A DNA stretch of 64,000 bases from an uncultured delta proteobacterium. Lineage in GTDB: Bacteria > Myxococcota > Myxococcia > Myxococcales > Anaeromyxobacteraceae. The stretch is from contig CAWJSR010000031.1 in the NCBI GenBank assembly GCA_963845515.1, positions 1-64,000 of the forward strand. Reading direction: 5' to 3'. The notes beneath the pieces are model-generated. The model saw nothing but the letters and a program-made list of their open reading frames with translations, searched no databases and was not told the origin of the DNA. The position numbers and the translations under genes are program-made. Positions within the stretch are counted from its first letter, which is position 1. Each line of letters begins with the position of its first letter. Below, one piece after another: positions 1 to 10,292 of this stretch.

Positions 1-637
1 ATCAACGATGCCGGCATACCCAGCAGTTGCAGCCGTGCGCGCGCGGCCTGCGTCAAGGCGGCATCACCGATGGCCCTGACCGCCAGGTACTCCTGCTGCG
101 CGCCCAGCCATTCAGGGTTGAGCACGTCGACCAGCGGCGCGCCGGCTGCCACCACGTCGCCGGGTGCGTGCGCATGGACACGCTCGACAAAGCCGGCGGC
201 GCGCGCCTGCACGATGCTGACGTCGCGATCGTTGAGCATCACCGTGCCCACGGCCTCGACGCCCGCGCCGACGGCGCGCCGCTCGACCGTCGCCAGGCGC
301 AGGCCCAGCGCCTGCTGCGCCTGCGTCGACACCGCCAGCGTGCCGGCCGGGCCCGCGGCGGCCTCGCCTTCGTCGGCATAACGCGGCACCAGCTGCATGT
401 CCATGAAGGGCGACTTGCCGGGCTGCTCGAAACGCTGGGTCGGCACCATCGGGTCGTACCAGTAGAGCACCTTGCGCTCGCCCGCAGGGGCCGACGCCGG
501 CGGCGCGGCGGCGTGCGGCTCGCCGGCTTGACTGCGCCATGGCGCCAGGTGCTGAAACCCCAGCCGGCCAGGCCGCCCAGGCCCAGCAGCAACGCGGCAG
601 AAACCCATCGTGCGCTTGTGCTTGCCATGGCCGTCAC
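1..637 (-). CDS. cusB: RND efflux periplasmic adaptor, CusB-like (runs off the window start; one frameshift near 500)
   Basis: N-terminal TM helix in ORF 239..637. In the shifted frame it reads ERKVLYWYDPMVPTQRFEQPGKSPFMDMQLVP (CusB metal-binding motif) and then a membrane-fusion-like sequence. Overlaps the TolC-family gene. Confidence 0.85.
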
Positions 638-1875
638 TCCGATATCAAGGTGTTGAGACGCACACGCAGCGCCATGCGCTGCGCATCCAGGTCGATCAGG
701 CGCAGCTGCGTTTCCACCGCCTCGCGCCGCGCCATCAGCACATCGCCCAGATTGCCGCGCCCGGCCTGATAGCTGGCCAGGGCCAGCACCACGCGTTCGG
801 CCGCCAGCGCCTGCCCGCTGCCGTCGAGGCGCGTGCGCTGCGTATCCAGCGCCTGCAACTCGGCCAGTTGGGCTTCGAGCTCCTCGCGGTGGCGGCGCAG
901 GGTTTCGTCGCGCTCGGCCTCGATGCGCAAAACCTCCTTCTGCCGCGCCAGCACCTGCGGCTGCTGGCGCTGCCCGGCCTGCCAGGGCAGGTCGAAGCTG
1001 AGCTGGATCGACATCATGTCGCTGTACTGCGGCCGGCGGCTGTAGACCAGCTCCCAGGCCCAGTCGCCGCTCTGTTCGGCATCGGCCTCGCCGACCTCCG
1101 CCTGCGCCGCGGCCTGCATCGCCTGGAACGGCGCGATCTCGGCATGGCGGTGCATGTCGTCACGCAACTGCTGGGGCCGCACCGCCAGCGCCGGCGGCTC
1201 GCCCGCCAGGGCTTCGTCGGCGCGTTCGCCGACCCAGCGCCGCAAGGCGGCGCGTGCCTTGGCGATATCGCGCTTCGCATCGTCGCGGCGGTCGGCCAGG
1301 GCCAGCGCCTCCTGCCTTGCCATCGTGCGTTCGGCTGGCATCGACTGGCCGGAGCCGATGCGCGCGTCGAGCGTCTCGACGAGCACGCGGTTCTCGCGTT
1401 CCAGCTCGCTCAGCCGGGCGATGCGTCGCTCGGCAAAGTACACGCCCAGCCACGCGAGCGCGGCGTCGCGCTGCACCGACAACTGCGCCGCCGCCAGCAG
1501 CGCACGCTCGCGCTGCACGCGGGCCTCGGCGCCGGCCGCACGTGCGTCGCGCTTGGCGCGGTTGGGCACCTCCTGCATCAGGCCGATGCGCTGCATCGTC
1601 ATGAAGTCGCGCGTCAGGCTGAACTTCTCGGCACCGCTAACCGGCAGGTTGTCCACGCCGACGATCAGGCGCGGGTCGGGCAGCGTCGTCGCCGCCGGCT
1701 GCAGTGCCTGCGCGCCAGCCAGGGCGTTGCGCTGCGCCATCAGCGACGGCGCCTGCTCGCGCGCCAGCAGCGTGGTGTCGTCGAAGCTTAGTGCGGCGCC
1801 AGCCGCCAGCGGCAGGCACAGCAGTAGCAGCAGCGGCAACGCGGTGGCGCGAAGGCGCGAAATCGAGGTGTCCAT
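634..1875 (-). CDS. TolC-family outer membrane efflux protein (CusC/CzcC-like)
   Basis: Signal peptide; LPDP..GVDNLP..DFMTMQRIGLMQEVPN motif typical of heavy-metal OEPs; helical repeats; directly upstream of cusB. Confidence 0.85.
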   Translation of the reverse strand: MDTSISRLRATALPLLLLLCLPLAAGAALSFDDTTLLAREQAPSLMAQRNALAGAQALQPAATTLPDPRLIVGVDNLPVSGAEKFSLTRDFMTMQRIGLMQEVPNRAKRDARAAGAEARVQRERALLAAAQLSVQRDAALAWLGVYFAERRIARLSELERENRVLVETLDARIGSGQSMPAERTMARQEALALADRRDDAKRDIAKARAALRRWVGERADEALAGEPPALAVRPQQLRDDMHRHAEIAPFQAMQAAAQAEVGEADAEQSGDWAWELVYSRRPQYSDMMSIQLSFDLPWQAGQRQQPQVLARQKEVLRIEAERDETLRRHREELEAQLAELQALDTQRTRLDGSGQALAAERVVLALASYQAGRGNLGDVLMARREAVETQLRLIDLDAQRMALRVRLNTLISE

Positions 1876-1956
1876 GTCCAGTCCTTCATCACGTTGTCCA
1901 GGTGGCGGCGACACGCGGCGGCGCCCGCCGGGGCGCCGACCTGCACCAAGGCCACT

Positions 1957-2358
1957 CTAATTGCGAAGGACGAGCAAGGACAGATAGATCGGGGGTGACC
2001 CGGGTGGTGCACCGCCCAGCAAGGGAGCGGCCAGCCGGCGCTGCACAGGCTGGCAGTGCTGCGCCGCATGCCGCCAGTCGATGACGGACACGAGCAAGGG
2101 CCAGGGCGTCCACTCGCCCGCATGGGCCGCGTCCACGGCCTGGTGGCCCTGGGCGCAATGGGCCTGGCAGAGTTGCGCCGGGTCGGCATTCTCGGCGGAC
2201 AGGGGCGAGGCGTGGCAATCGGGCATCGCGGCCACGGCTTCGCCGGCCGGTGCAACGCCCGACGCGCAGGCATGCGCCGCCGCGGCCAGTTGCATGAACA
2301 GCAACGGCAGCATCAGCCAACTGCAGAGCCAGCGCATGCGGCGGCGGGAAAGACCCAT
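1957..2358 (-). CDS. Small exported Cys/His-rich putative metal-binding protein
   Basis: Signal ending AAAHAC, then MPDCH, LCQAHC and a C-terminal PPIYL..LRN. This layout is common just upstream of metal efflux operons. Confidence 0.55.
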   Translation of the reverse strand: MGLSRRRMRWLCSWLMLPLLFMQLAAAAHACASGVAPAGEAVAAMPDCHASPLSAENADPAQLCQAHCAQGHQAVDAAHAGEWTPWPLLVSVIDWRHAAQHCQPVQRRLAAPLLGGAPPGSPPIYLSLLVLRN

Positions 2359-2422
2359 GCGGCGCAGTCTACGCCGCCGCACTGCGGCGCGGCTTGATCG
2401 CGAACAAGCGGGCCAGGGTGGC

Positions 2423-3646
2423 TCAACGCGCCGGCGCGGGGGCTGCAGCGGTGATGCCGGGCGGCAGCGAGCGCCAGACCTGGCCGCGAAGCACCTGCTC
2501 GCGGCCATGGGCGAACAGGGCCTGCACGTACTGCGGGTCGTACCACTGATCCCAGGGCGCCTCGAACTCGTCGGCGATCCAGGCCGCGCGAAACGACGCC
2601 CCGGCGCGCTGCGCCTGCACATAGATCACGTACAGATCGGCGATGCCCTGCGATTGCGCCAGCAGGTGCAGTGCGTGCTCGCCCAGGGCCACCAGCCGCG
2701 GCGGCATGACCATGTACTCGGAGCTCGCGCGGCCGTTGCGGATGACGTAGAACTCCGGCGCCCCGTGATGACGGTGCTCGCGCATCGCCGCCGACCAGTC
2801 GAGCCCCGGCGCGGACACGAACACCTGGCGCGTCATGGTGCCGTCGACATGCATCTCGTGCCAGCGCCGGCCGCCGGCCTCGACCTCGATGTAGACCGGC
2901 GGCAGCATGATCGGCACCGCGGCCGAAGCCAGCAGCAGCCGCTGTATCAGGCCGAGCGCACTGGCCTGGCCGCTGGCCGCGATGGCACCGATGTCCCACG
3001 TCACCAGGCGCCCGGCGTAGACATGCGTGGTGCCGATGAACAGCCGCCGTCCGCGGCGATGTTCGCCCGCCACGGCCTGCATCAGCCGCTCGTCGAAATG
3101 CCGGTTGATGAGACGGCGCAACGGCTCGGCCGATGCCAGCGAATCGCTGAACAGCGCCAGCAGGCGCGGCCGCTCCTGCATCAGGTCACGCGACGACAGG
3201 CCGGTGAACAGCTCACGCAACTGGGCATCGAAGCGCGGCCCGAGGAAGGCATAGGGCGCAGCCAGCGCCCCGGCGCTGACCCCGGTGACGATGTCGAACT
3301 CGGGCCGCGGGCCGAGCTCGCTCCAGCCGGCGAGCACGCCGGCCGCGAAGGCGCCGTTCGAGCCGCCGCCGGAGATCGCCAGCACCCGCAGCGGGCCGGA
3401 CGCCGCCACGGCATCGGTGGCGCGGAAACGCGAATCCGGGCCGACGCCCCACAGGTCCGCACCGAGCTGCGCGGATGCATCCGCAAACTGGCGCACATGC
3501 GGCAGGCCCGGAACGATCGCGGCATCGACCCACTGCGCTGGCACGGGTGGCCATGGCGACGAATTCGCGCAGCCCAGCAGCGCCGATGCGGGCAAGGCGG
3601 CGGCCGAGGTGGCCGCGAGGCAGAACGCGCGTCTTGTGGCTTGCAT
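2423..3646 (-). CDS. Patatin-like phospholipase, probable Tat lipoprotein
   Basis: RRAFCL twin-arginine motif and LLGC lipobox; GGGSNG, GVSAG (GxSxG) and DGT (DGG-like) patatin motifs. Confidence 0.85.
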   Translation of the reverse strand: MQATRRAFCLAATSAAALPASALLGCANSSPWPPVPAQWVDAAIVPGLPHVRQFADASAQLGADLWGVGPDSRFRATDAVAASGPLRVLAISGGGSNGAFAAGVLAGWSELGPRPEFDIVTGVSAGALAAPYAFLGPRFDAQLRELFTGLSSRDLMQERPRLLALFSDSLASAEPLRRLINRHFDERLMQAVAGEHRRGRRLFIGTTHVYAGRLVTWDIGAIAASGQASALGLIQRLLLASAAVPIMLPPVYIEVEAGGRRWHEMHVDGTMTRQVFVSAPGLDWSAAMREHRHHGAPEFYVIRNGRASSEYMVMPPRLVALGEHALHLLAQSQGIADLYVIYVQAQRAGASFRAAWIADEFEAPWDQWYDPQYVQALFAHGREQVLRGQVWRSLPPGITAAAPAPAR

Positions 3647-3713
3647 CCGGTGGGCTGATCTGCGGGCAGTGGGTGAATTGTGCGCAATCCGGCGCTTGCG
3701 CTGCGCGACGGCC

Positions 3714-4670
3714 TCAACTCGAACGCGCCTCCTTCACTGGAGGCGCGAGTTGGCCCGGGCGCGCGAACAATCGCCGCACGCGTTCGCGCAACCAGGCATG
3801 CGCCGGGTCGTTCGACGCACTTTGATGCCACACCATGCGCACGTTGTAGTGCGGCCCGTGGCCCGGCAGCTCCCACACGCGCACGTCATAGCGCGGCGCC
3901 AGCGAGCTGGCGAACATCTGCGGCACGATGGCCATGAGGTCGGTGCAGCTGACCAGGTCGGGCAAGGCGCCGTAGTGGCGCGCGCGCACCACGGCACGTT
4001 CATTCAGCTTGAGGCGGGTGAGCATCAGTTCGACGCTGCCATGGAAGGTCGCCGTCGGCGCCGCCACCGCCAGGCAGGCGTGTGCCAGCTGCTGCGTGCT
4101 CAAGCCCTTGCCGCTGCGCCCGACTGCGGGCCGCCAGTGGCTGCCGGTGATGGCCACGAAGTGCTCGTGGAACAGCGACTCGCTGGCGATGGCGGCATGT
4201 TCGGGCTGCAGGATGCCGATGGCCAGGTCGATGTCGCGCGCCTCGAGCGCCGCGCTCACGCGCGCCGCGTCGACCGACACGTTCGACAAGCGGCTGTGTG
4301 GCGACTCGTTGCGCAAGGCGCTGGCCAGCGGCGGCAGGAACATCATCTCGCCCAGGTCCGACAGCGACAGCCGCCAGTGCACACCGCCGGTGGCGGGGTC
4401 GAAGCTCTTGCTGGCGCAAAACGCCAGCTCCAGATCGCGCAGGTGCGCGGCCACCAGCGGCACGATGCGCTGGGCCAGGCGTGTGGGGTGCAGGCCCGAG
4501 GGCGAGCGCACGAACAGCGCGTCGTCGAAGCTGCGCCGCAGGCGCGCCAGCGCGTTGCTGGTCGCCGGCTGCGACAGCGCGAGCTGGCGCCCGGCCTCGG
4601 TCACCGAGCCCGTGCGGTGCACCGCGCACAGCACGCGCAGCAGGTTGAGATCGAGTTGGCGGAAGTTCAT
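3714..4670 (-). CDS. LysR-family transcriptional regulator
   Basis: LDLNLL..SVTEAGRQLALSQPATSNALARLR HTH plus substrate-binding domain; divergent from the oxidoreductase operon. Confidence 0.95.
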   Translation of the reverse strand: MNFRQLDLNLLRVLCAVHRTGSVTEAGRQLALSQPATSNALARLRRSFDDALFVRSPSGLHPTRLAQRIVPLVAAHLRDLELAFCASKSFDPATGGVHWRLSLSDLGEMMFLPPLASALRNESPHSRLSNVSVDAARVSAALEARDIDLAIGILQPEHAAIASESLFHEHFVAITGSHWRPAVGRSGKGLSTQQLAHACLAVAAPTATFHGSVELMLTRLKLNERAVVRARHYGALPDLVSCTDLMAIVPQMFASSLAPRYDVRVWELPGHGPHYNVRMVWHQSASNDPAHAWLRERVRRLFARPGQLAPPVKEARSS

Positions 4671-4685
4671 CGATATCCGTTTGAT

Positions 4686-4700
4686 GAATGCACCGCATTC
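4686..4700. promoter_or_regulatory. Palindromic putative LysR operator
   Basis: GAATGC-ACC-GCATTC perfect inverted repeat in the AT-rich divergent intergenic region, just upstream of the lysR start. Confidence 0.45.
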
Positions 4701-4787
4701 TGACTATCAATTCGACGAATTCCAAGCCCGACGACTAGATTGCGGCCCCAGCACCCACGCACGGGGTGCGCGACCAGGAGACGCGGC

Positions 4788-5349
4788 GTGCTGCAGATCA
4801 TCATCCAGGGCCGTGGCGGCCAGGGCGCACAGACGGCAGGCAACCTGCTGGCGATGGCCTTCTTCGCGCAGGGGCGCCAGGTGCAGTGCTTTGCCAGCTA
4901 CGGCGGCGCACGCCGCGGCACGCCGGTGAGTTCGTGCCTGCGCGTCGACGACCGGCCGGTGCGGCTGCGCTGCGACATCGAGCGCGCCGATGCCATCCTG
5001 TGCTTCGACGCCAGCCTGCTCGAAGGCCGGCTGCTGGCCACGGCGCACGCCGACACGCTGATCGTCGTCAATTCGGCGCAGCGCGGCGAACACTTCGCGC
5101 ACGGTGCTGCCCGGCTACCGCGTGATCCCGGTCGACGGCCTGGCCATCGCGCGCCGCCACGGCCTCGGGCGCATCGTCAACTCGGCCCTGCTGGGCGCGC
5201 TGGCGCGCGCCGCTGGCGGCACCGCCGCTCGAGGCGATGGCGCGCACGCTGGTGCGAGCAGTCGCCCAAGCTGCACGAGCGAGAACATCGCCGCCTGCGA
5301 GGAAGGCTATCGCCAGGTGGATGCACAACTGCGCGGGGTGGCGGCATGA
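4788..5349 (+). CDS. 2-oxoacid:acceptor oxidoreductase gamma subunit (frameshifts near 5100 and 5215-5280)
   Basis: GTG start after AGGAG; GRGGQGAQTA, FASYGGARRGTPV and IVNSALLGA motifs of PorG/PadE-type subunits. Confidence 0.85.
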
Positions 5350-7016
5350 ATGCGCCCTTGCCCATGCCGATCCAGACCATCTGGACAACCGGCAGCACCG
5401 CAGCCATCAAGACCGGCACCTGGCGCGCGGCGCTGGCGCAGCATCGGCATGCGCCCTCGCCTTGCCATGCCGCATGCCCGGTGCACGGCGACATCGCCGA
5501 ATGGATCGGCCAGGCGCGCGCACGCGACTTCCATGCCGCCTGGCTGACGCTGTCGCGCCACAACCCCCTGCCCGCCGTCATCGGCCGCATCTGCCACCAC
5601 CCCTGCGAAAGCGCCTGCAACCGCGTCGGCTATGACGAGTCGCTGTCGATCTGCAAGCTCGAGCGCTGCGTCGGCGACATGGCGCTCGAACGCGGCTGGG
5701 CGCATGCCGCCGCCGCGGTGGAGCGCAGCGAACGCATCGCCGTGGTCGGTGGCGGGCCTTCCGGCCTGTCGGCGGCCTACCAGTTGCGCCGGCGCGGCTT
5801 CGCCGTCACGCTGTTCGAGGCCCAGCCGCAACTCGGCGGGCTGATGCGCTACGGCATTCCCGCCTACCGCCTGGCACGCGAGGTGCTCGACGCCGAGATC
5901 GCGCGCATCGTGGCGCTGGGCATCGAGGTGCGCTGTGGCCAGGCGACGGACACGCCGATGGCCCTGGCCGAATTGCGCGCCGGCTTCGACGCGGTCTACC
6001 TGGCTTATGGCGCACAGCGCCAGAAGCGCCTGCCCCAGCTCGACTACGCCCGCCCCTGGGTGGTGGACGGTGCCGATTACCTGGCCCGCGCCAGCCGCGG
6101 CACGCCGCCAGCGCTCGGACCACGGGTGGTGGTGGTCGGTGGCGGCAGTGCGGCGCTCGATGTGGCGCGCAGCGCACGCCGCGCCGGGCACGAGGTCACG
6201 ATCCTGGCGCTCGAAGCCGAGGCCGACCTGCCGGCGCAGCGCGAAGAGGTCGCCGAAGCGCGTGAGGAAGGCATCGCGCTGGCCGATGCGGCCATGCTGC
6301 GCGGCGTCAGCGAGTCGGTTGCCGGCCTTCGCCTGGACTGCGTGCGCGTGCGCTTCACCGCTGGCGCGCAGAAGGGTCAGTTCACGCTGGTGCCGCTGGC
6401 CGGCACGGACTTCAGGCTCGAGGCCGATGCCATCGTCAGCTCGATCGGCCAAGACCCTGAATTGGCGCCGCTGGCCGGCACCGTCGACTGCGCCGGCCTG
6501 CTGCTGCCCATCGATGCATCCGGCGCCACCGGCGCCACGGGCGTGTGGGCCGGCGGCGACCTGACGAGCACGGCACGCTTTGTCTCGGAAGCCATCGGCA
6601 TGGGCGAGCGCGCGGCGCTGGACATCGAGCGGCAACTGAATGCACGCGCTGGCGTTGGCGCCAGCACCGCGCAGTCCGAGGCACCACCGCTGGTCGAGCT
6701 GGCAGCGATCAACCTGCACTACCACCCGACACAGCCGCGCGCCGCCGATCGACACCTGGCCCGGGCGCAACGCCTGGCCCACGGCGGCGAGGTGCAGTTC
6801 GGCCTGGACATCGAGCAGGCGCTGGCCGAGGCGGCGCGCTGCTTCTCCTGCGGCACCTGCACGCATTGCGACAACTGCGTCATCTACTGCCCCGACCTGG
6901 CGGTGCAGCGCGCGGGCGACGGCTACACCGTGCTCACCGACTACTGCAAGGGCTGCGGCCTGTGCGTCAAGGAATGCCCGACGGGTTCGATGACGATGCT
7001 CGAGGAGCTGCGATGA
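5346..7016 (+). CDS. GltD-like FAD/NAD(P)-binding Fe-S flavoprotein with a C-terminal 2[4Fe-4S] (delta-like) domain
   Basis: PCHAACPVH and GRICHHPCESAC Fe-S motifs; GGGPSG and GGGSAA Rossmann motifs; C-terminal CGTCTHCDNCVIYCP and CKGCGLCVKECP. Confidence 0.9.
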   Translation: MNAPLPMPIQTIWTTGSTAAIKTGTWRAALAQHRHAPSPCHAACPVHGDIAEWIGQARARDFHAAWLTLSRHNPLPAVIGRICHHPCESACNRVGYDESLSICKLERCVGDMALERGWAHAAAAVERSERIAVVGGGPSGLSAAYQLRRRGFAVTLFEAQPQLGGLMRYGIPAYRLAREVLDAEIARIVALGIEVRCGQATDTPMALAELRAGFDAVYLAYGAQRQKRLPQLDYARPWVVDGADYLARASRGTPPALGPRVVVVGGGSAALDVARSARRAGHEVTILALEAEADLPAQREEVAEAREEGIALADAAMLRGVSESVAGLRLDCVRVRFTAGAQKGQFTLVPLAGTDFRLEADAIVSSIGQDPELAPLAGTVDCAGLLLPIDASGATGATGVWAGGDLTSTARFVSEAIGMGERAALDIERQLNARAGVGASTAQSEAPPLVELAAINLHYHPTQPRAADRHLARAQRLAHGGEVQFGLDIEQALAEAARCFSCGTCTHCDNCVIYCPDLAVQRAGDGYTVLTDYCKGCGLCVKECPTGSMTMLEELR

Positions 7017-8227
7017 ACGCACCCACTGCTTCAGTGCCGACACCGGTCGCGCAGCGATTTGATGCCGAAGCCGATAGGGCCGAACAGCCCGTGCTGCTGA
7101 CCGGCAACCACGCCGTGGCCTGGGCCGCACGGCTGGCGCGGCCGAAGGTGGTGCCGGTGTACCCGATCACGCCGCAGACGCCGGTGCTGGAACTGCTCAC
7201 CGACTTCCAGGCCGAGGGCTGCTTCGACGCCGAGATCATCACCCCCGAATCCGAGCACTCGGTGATGTCGGCCTGCATTCCGGCGTCGCTGGCCGGGGTG
7301 CGCGTGTTCACCGCCACCGCATCGCAGGGCCTGCTGCTGATGCACGAGCTGCTGCACTACGCCGCCGGCGCGCGTGCGCCGATCGTCATGGCCAACGTCA
7401 ACCGCACCGTGGCCTCGCCGTGGGCCTTCTGGCCCGACCAGACCGACAGCGTGGCGCAGCGCGACACCGGCTGGATCCAGTTCTATGTCGAAAGCGCGCA
7501 GGAGGCACTGGACACCGTGATCCAGGCCTTCCGCATCGCCGAGCAGGTGCTGCTGCCGGTGATGGTGAACCTCGACGCGTTCTACGTCTCGCACGCGCTC
7601 GAGCCGGTGAGCGTGCCGGCGCAGGCACGGGTCGATGCCTACCTGCCGCCCTTCGCCCCGGCGCAGCGGCTCGACACGGCACAGCCTTCGGGCTGGGGCA
7701 ACGTGGTCACGCCGGACATGTACTACCGCCACCGCCAGGACATCGAGGCGGCGATGGACCGCGTGCCCGCGCTGGCGGCCGAGGCCGACCGCGATTGGGC
7801 CAAGCACACCGGGCGCAGCTGGGGCGTGATCGAACGCTATCGCTGCGACGACGCGGCCACCGTGATCGTCGGCATGGGCAGCCTGTGCGGCACGGCACGC
7901 GAGGCGGTGGACACGCTGCGCGACGGCGGCCAGGCCGTCGGCCTGCTCAAGCTGAGGCTGTTCCGGCCGCTGCCGGCGGCGGCGCTGCGCGCGGCGCTGG
8001 CCGGAGTGGCGGATGTGATCGTGCTCGACCGCAACCACTCGCCCGGCTGCGGCGGCGTGCTGCACCAGGAACTGCGCGCCGCGCTGTACGGCATGCCGGA
8101 TGCCCCGCGCATCCACGGCTATCTGGCCGGGGTGGGTGGCATCAATGTCGCACCCGAGCGCATCGCCGCCTTTGTGCAGCGGGCACGGGCCGAAGCGCCG
8201 CAGCCGTTTTCCGAATGGGTCAGGTAA
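7013..8227 (+). CDS. 2-oxoacid:acceptor oxidoreductase alpha subunit
   Basis: TGNHAVA, YPITPQT, ESEHS and TATASQGL motifs; ATGA overlap with the upstream gene. Confidence 0.92.
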   Translation: MNAPTASVPTPVAQRFDAEADRAEQPVLLTGNHAVAWAARLARPKVVPVYPITPQTPVLELLTDFQAEGCFDAEIITPESEHSVMSACIPASLAGVRVFTATASQGLLLMHELLHYAAGARAPIVMANVNRTVASPWAFWPDQTDSVAQRDTGWIQFYVESAQEALDTVIQAFRIAEQVLLPVMVNLDAFYVSHALEPVSVPAQARVDAYLPPFAPAQRLDTAQPSGWGNVVTPDMYYRHRQDIEAAMDRVPALAAEADRDWAKHTGRSWGVIERYRCDDAATVIVGMGSLCGTAREAVDTLRDGGQAVGLLKLRLFRPLPAAALRAALAGVADVIVLDRNHSPGCGGVLHQELRAALYGMPDAPRIHGYLAGVGGINVAPERIAAFVQRARAEAPQPFSEWVR

Positions 8228-8232
8228 CGCTC

Positions 8233-9135
8233 ATGCAGACCATCACGCTCGCGCCAACCAAGACCGAGGAGCCCCTGCTGTGCTCCGGCCATGCCGCCTG
8301 CCCGGGCTGCGCCGAACCCTTGACGGTGCGCCACATCCTGGACGTGCTCGGCCCGGACACGATGGCGGTGATCCCGCCGTCGTGCATGGCCATCATCGCC
8401 GGCCCGCAGCCCTTCAGCTCGTTGCGCATTCCGGTCTACCAGCCGACGCTGGAAGCCAGCGCCGCTGCGGCCTCCGGGCTGCGCCGCGCGCTCGATGCGA
8501 CGGGGCGGCGCGACACGCAGGTGATCGTGCTCGCCGGCGACGGCGGCACCTACGACATCGGCTTCCAGTGCCTGTCGTCGGCGGCCGAGCGCAACGAGAA
8601 CATCCTGTACTTCTGCCTCGACAACGAGGGCTACATGAACACCGGGGCGCAGAAGTCCTCGTCCACGCCGCACTACGCCAGCACCGGCTCGACACCGGCG
8701 GGCAAGACCTCGCGCAAGAAGAACCTGCTCGAGATCATGGCCGCGCACGACATCCCTTACGCGGCCAGCGCCAGCATCGGCCACCTCGCCGACCTGAAGC
8801 GCAAGGTCGAGAAGGCCAAGGCGCTGCGCGGCATGCGCCTGATCACGCTGCTCATTCCCTGCCTGGACGGCTGGGGCCTGGCCGAGGACGGCGCGCTCAC
8901 CACCGCGCGCGACGCGGTCGAATGCGGCGCCTTCCCGTTGGTCGAGATCGAGGACGGCGTGCGCTACACGCTCAACCACAGCCAACGCACCCGCCCGGTG
9001 GCCGACTACCTGGCACTGCAACGGCGCTACCGGCACTTGTCGGCCGACGAGACGCGCGCGCTGCAGGCCGAAGTCGACGAAGGCTGGGCGCGGCTGCTGC
9101 GTCGCGTCGCCGCCAGCGCCCCGGCCACGGCTTGA
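8233..9135 (+). CDS. 2-oxoacid:acceptor oxidoreductase beta (TPP-binding) subunit
   Basis: GHAACPGC and the GDGG...[14 protein letters not shown] motif. Confidence 0.92.
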   Translation: MQTITLAPTKTEEPLLCSGHAACPGCAEPLTVRHILDVLGPDTMAVIPPSCMAIIAGPQPFSSLRIPVYQPTLEASAAAASGLRRALDATGRRDTQVIVLAGDGGTYDIGFQCLSSAAERNENILYFCLDNEGYMNTGAQKSSSTPHYASTGSTPAGKTSRKKNLLEIMAAHDIPYAASASIGHLADLKRKVEKAKALRGMRLITLLIPCLDGWGLAEDGALTTARDAVECGAFPLVEIEDGVRYTLNHSQRTRPVADYLALQRRYRHLSADETRALQAEVDEGWARLLRRVAASAPATA

Positions 9136-9236
9136 TACGAATTCGCGTTCATTCGCATAGAGAGTCATGGCCAGCTTTCGGCATAGCAGCCGCTCGATCA
9201 GGCTCCCGTCGTGAACTGCGTTCGAGTGCGGGCGTG

Positions 9237-9302
9237 GGCCGCGGGTGGGCCACCGTCTGCGGCTTCGGATGCAGCGCCGCAGCCGGCGGCCCACCCACGG
9301 CC
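9237..9302. repeat. REP-like imperfect inverted repeat
   Basis: GGCCGCGGGTGGGCCACCGTCTGCGGC pairs with GCCGCAGCCGGCGGCCCACCCACGGCC (27-nt arms, 3 mismatches). Confidence 0.65.
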
Positions 9303-9468
9303 TGATGGAGGTTGGTGCTTCCCGCAGCGAAACTCACGCGCACCGTCGCAGCAGCGCGGCTGTTGGCGGCGTGGAACAAGGCACAGTCGATGCCAGCCGA
9401 GGATGGTGGGTTAGCGAATACTGGAAGTAAAGGAGGAGCCGGCGGCCGTAGGCTGACGGCGGTGGAGA

Positions 9469-9535
9469 GAGCCCGGACACAAACAGTCCGGGGGACTGTT
9501 TGTGCCTGGCGAGCGCCTGGGGCCATGCCCCAGGC
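9469..9535. repeat. REP-like double hairpin element
   Basis: CACAAACAGTCC-GGG-GGACTGTTTGTG followed by GCCTGGGGC-CAT-GCCCCAGGC. Confidence 0.65.
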
Positions 9536-9702
9536 ATGGACGGATTCGCTTCCCCGCCGTCGTCGGCCCGCGCGACGCGACACGATCGGCTGCAATGCGC
9601 CGACAGCCGCCACCGCGCTTCAATGGACTTGATCGCAAATCGGTATGAGACGAGCGCAGGCACGCCCCGCGGCTTCGCGCGGATGGCTGCGGCTCCAAGG
9701 GG

Positions 9703-9744
9703 TTGAACCAGATCAATTCTTTTATCGCATTCCGATACCAGAAT
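9703..9744 (+). promoter_or_regulatory. FNR-type class II promoter of hcrCAB
   Basis: TTGAA-CCAG-ATCAA (9703-9716, 1 mismatch to TTGAT-N4-ATCAA) with -10-like CAGAAT at 9739-9744, which places the box centre at about -41.5. Confidence 0.7.
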
Positions 9745-9817
9745 AGCCCCATAGGACGGAATCGACCGGCCTTGCGCGCAGGGGAACAGCGGCGGCAGCC
9801 CCGAGGAGCACGACACC

Positions 9818-10288
<471 letters not shown>

Positions 10289-10292
<4 letters not shown>

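Noticed and set aside
4740..7016. 758-aa gamma-subunit/GltD fusion ORF
   Set aside because: The middle of the ORF is out-of-frame sequence; the real gamma subunit ends at 5349 with an ATGA overlap into a separate gene.
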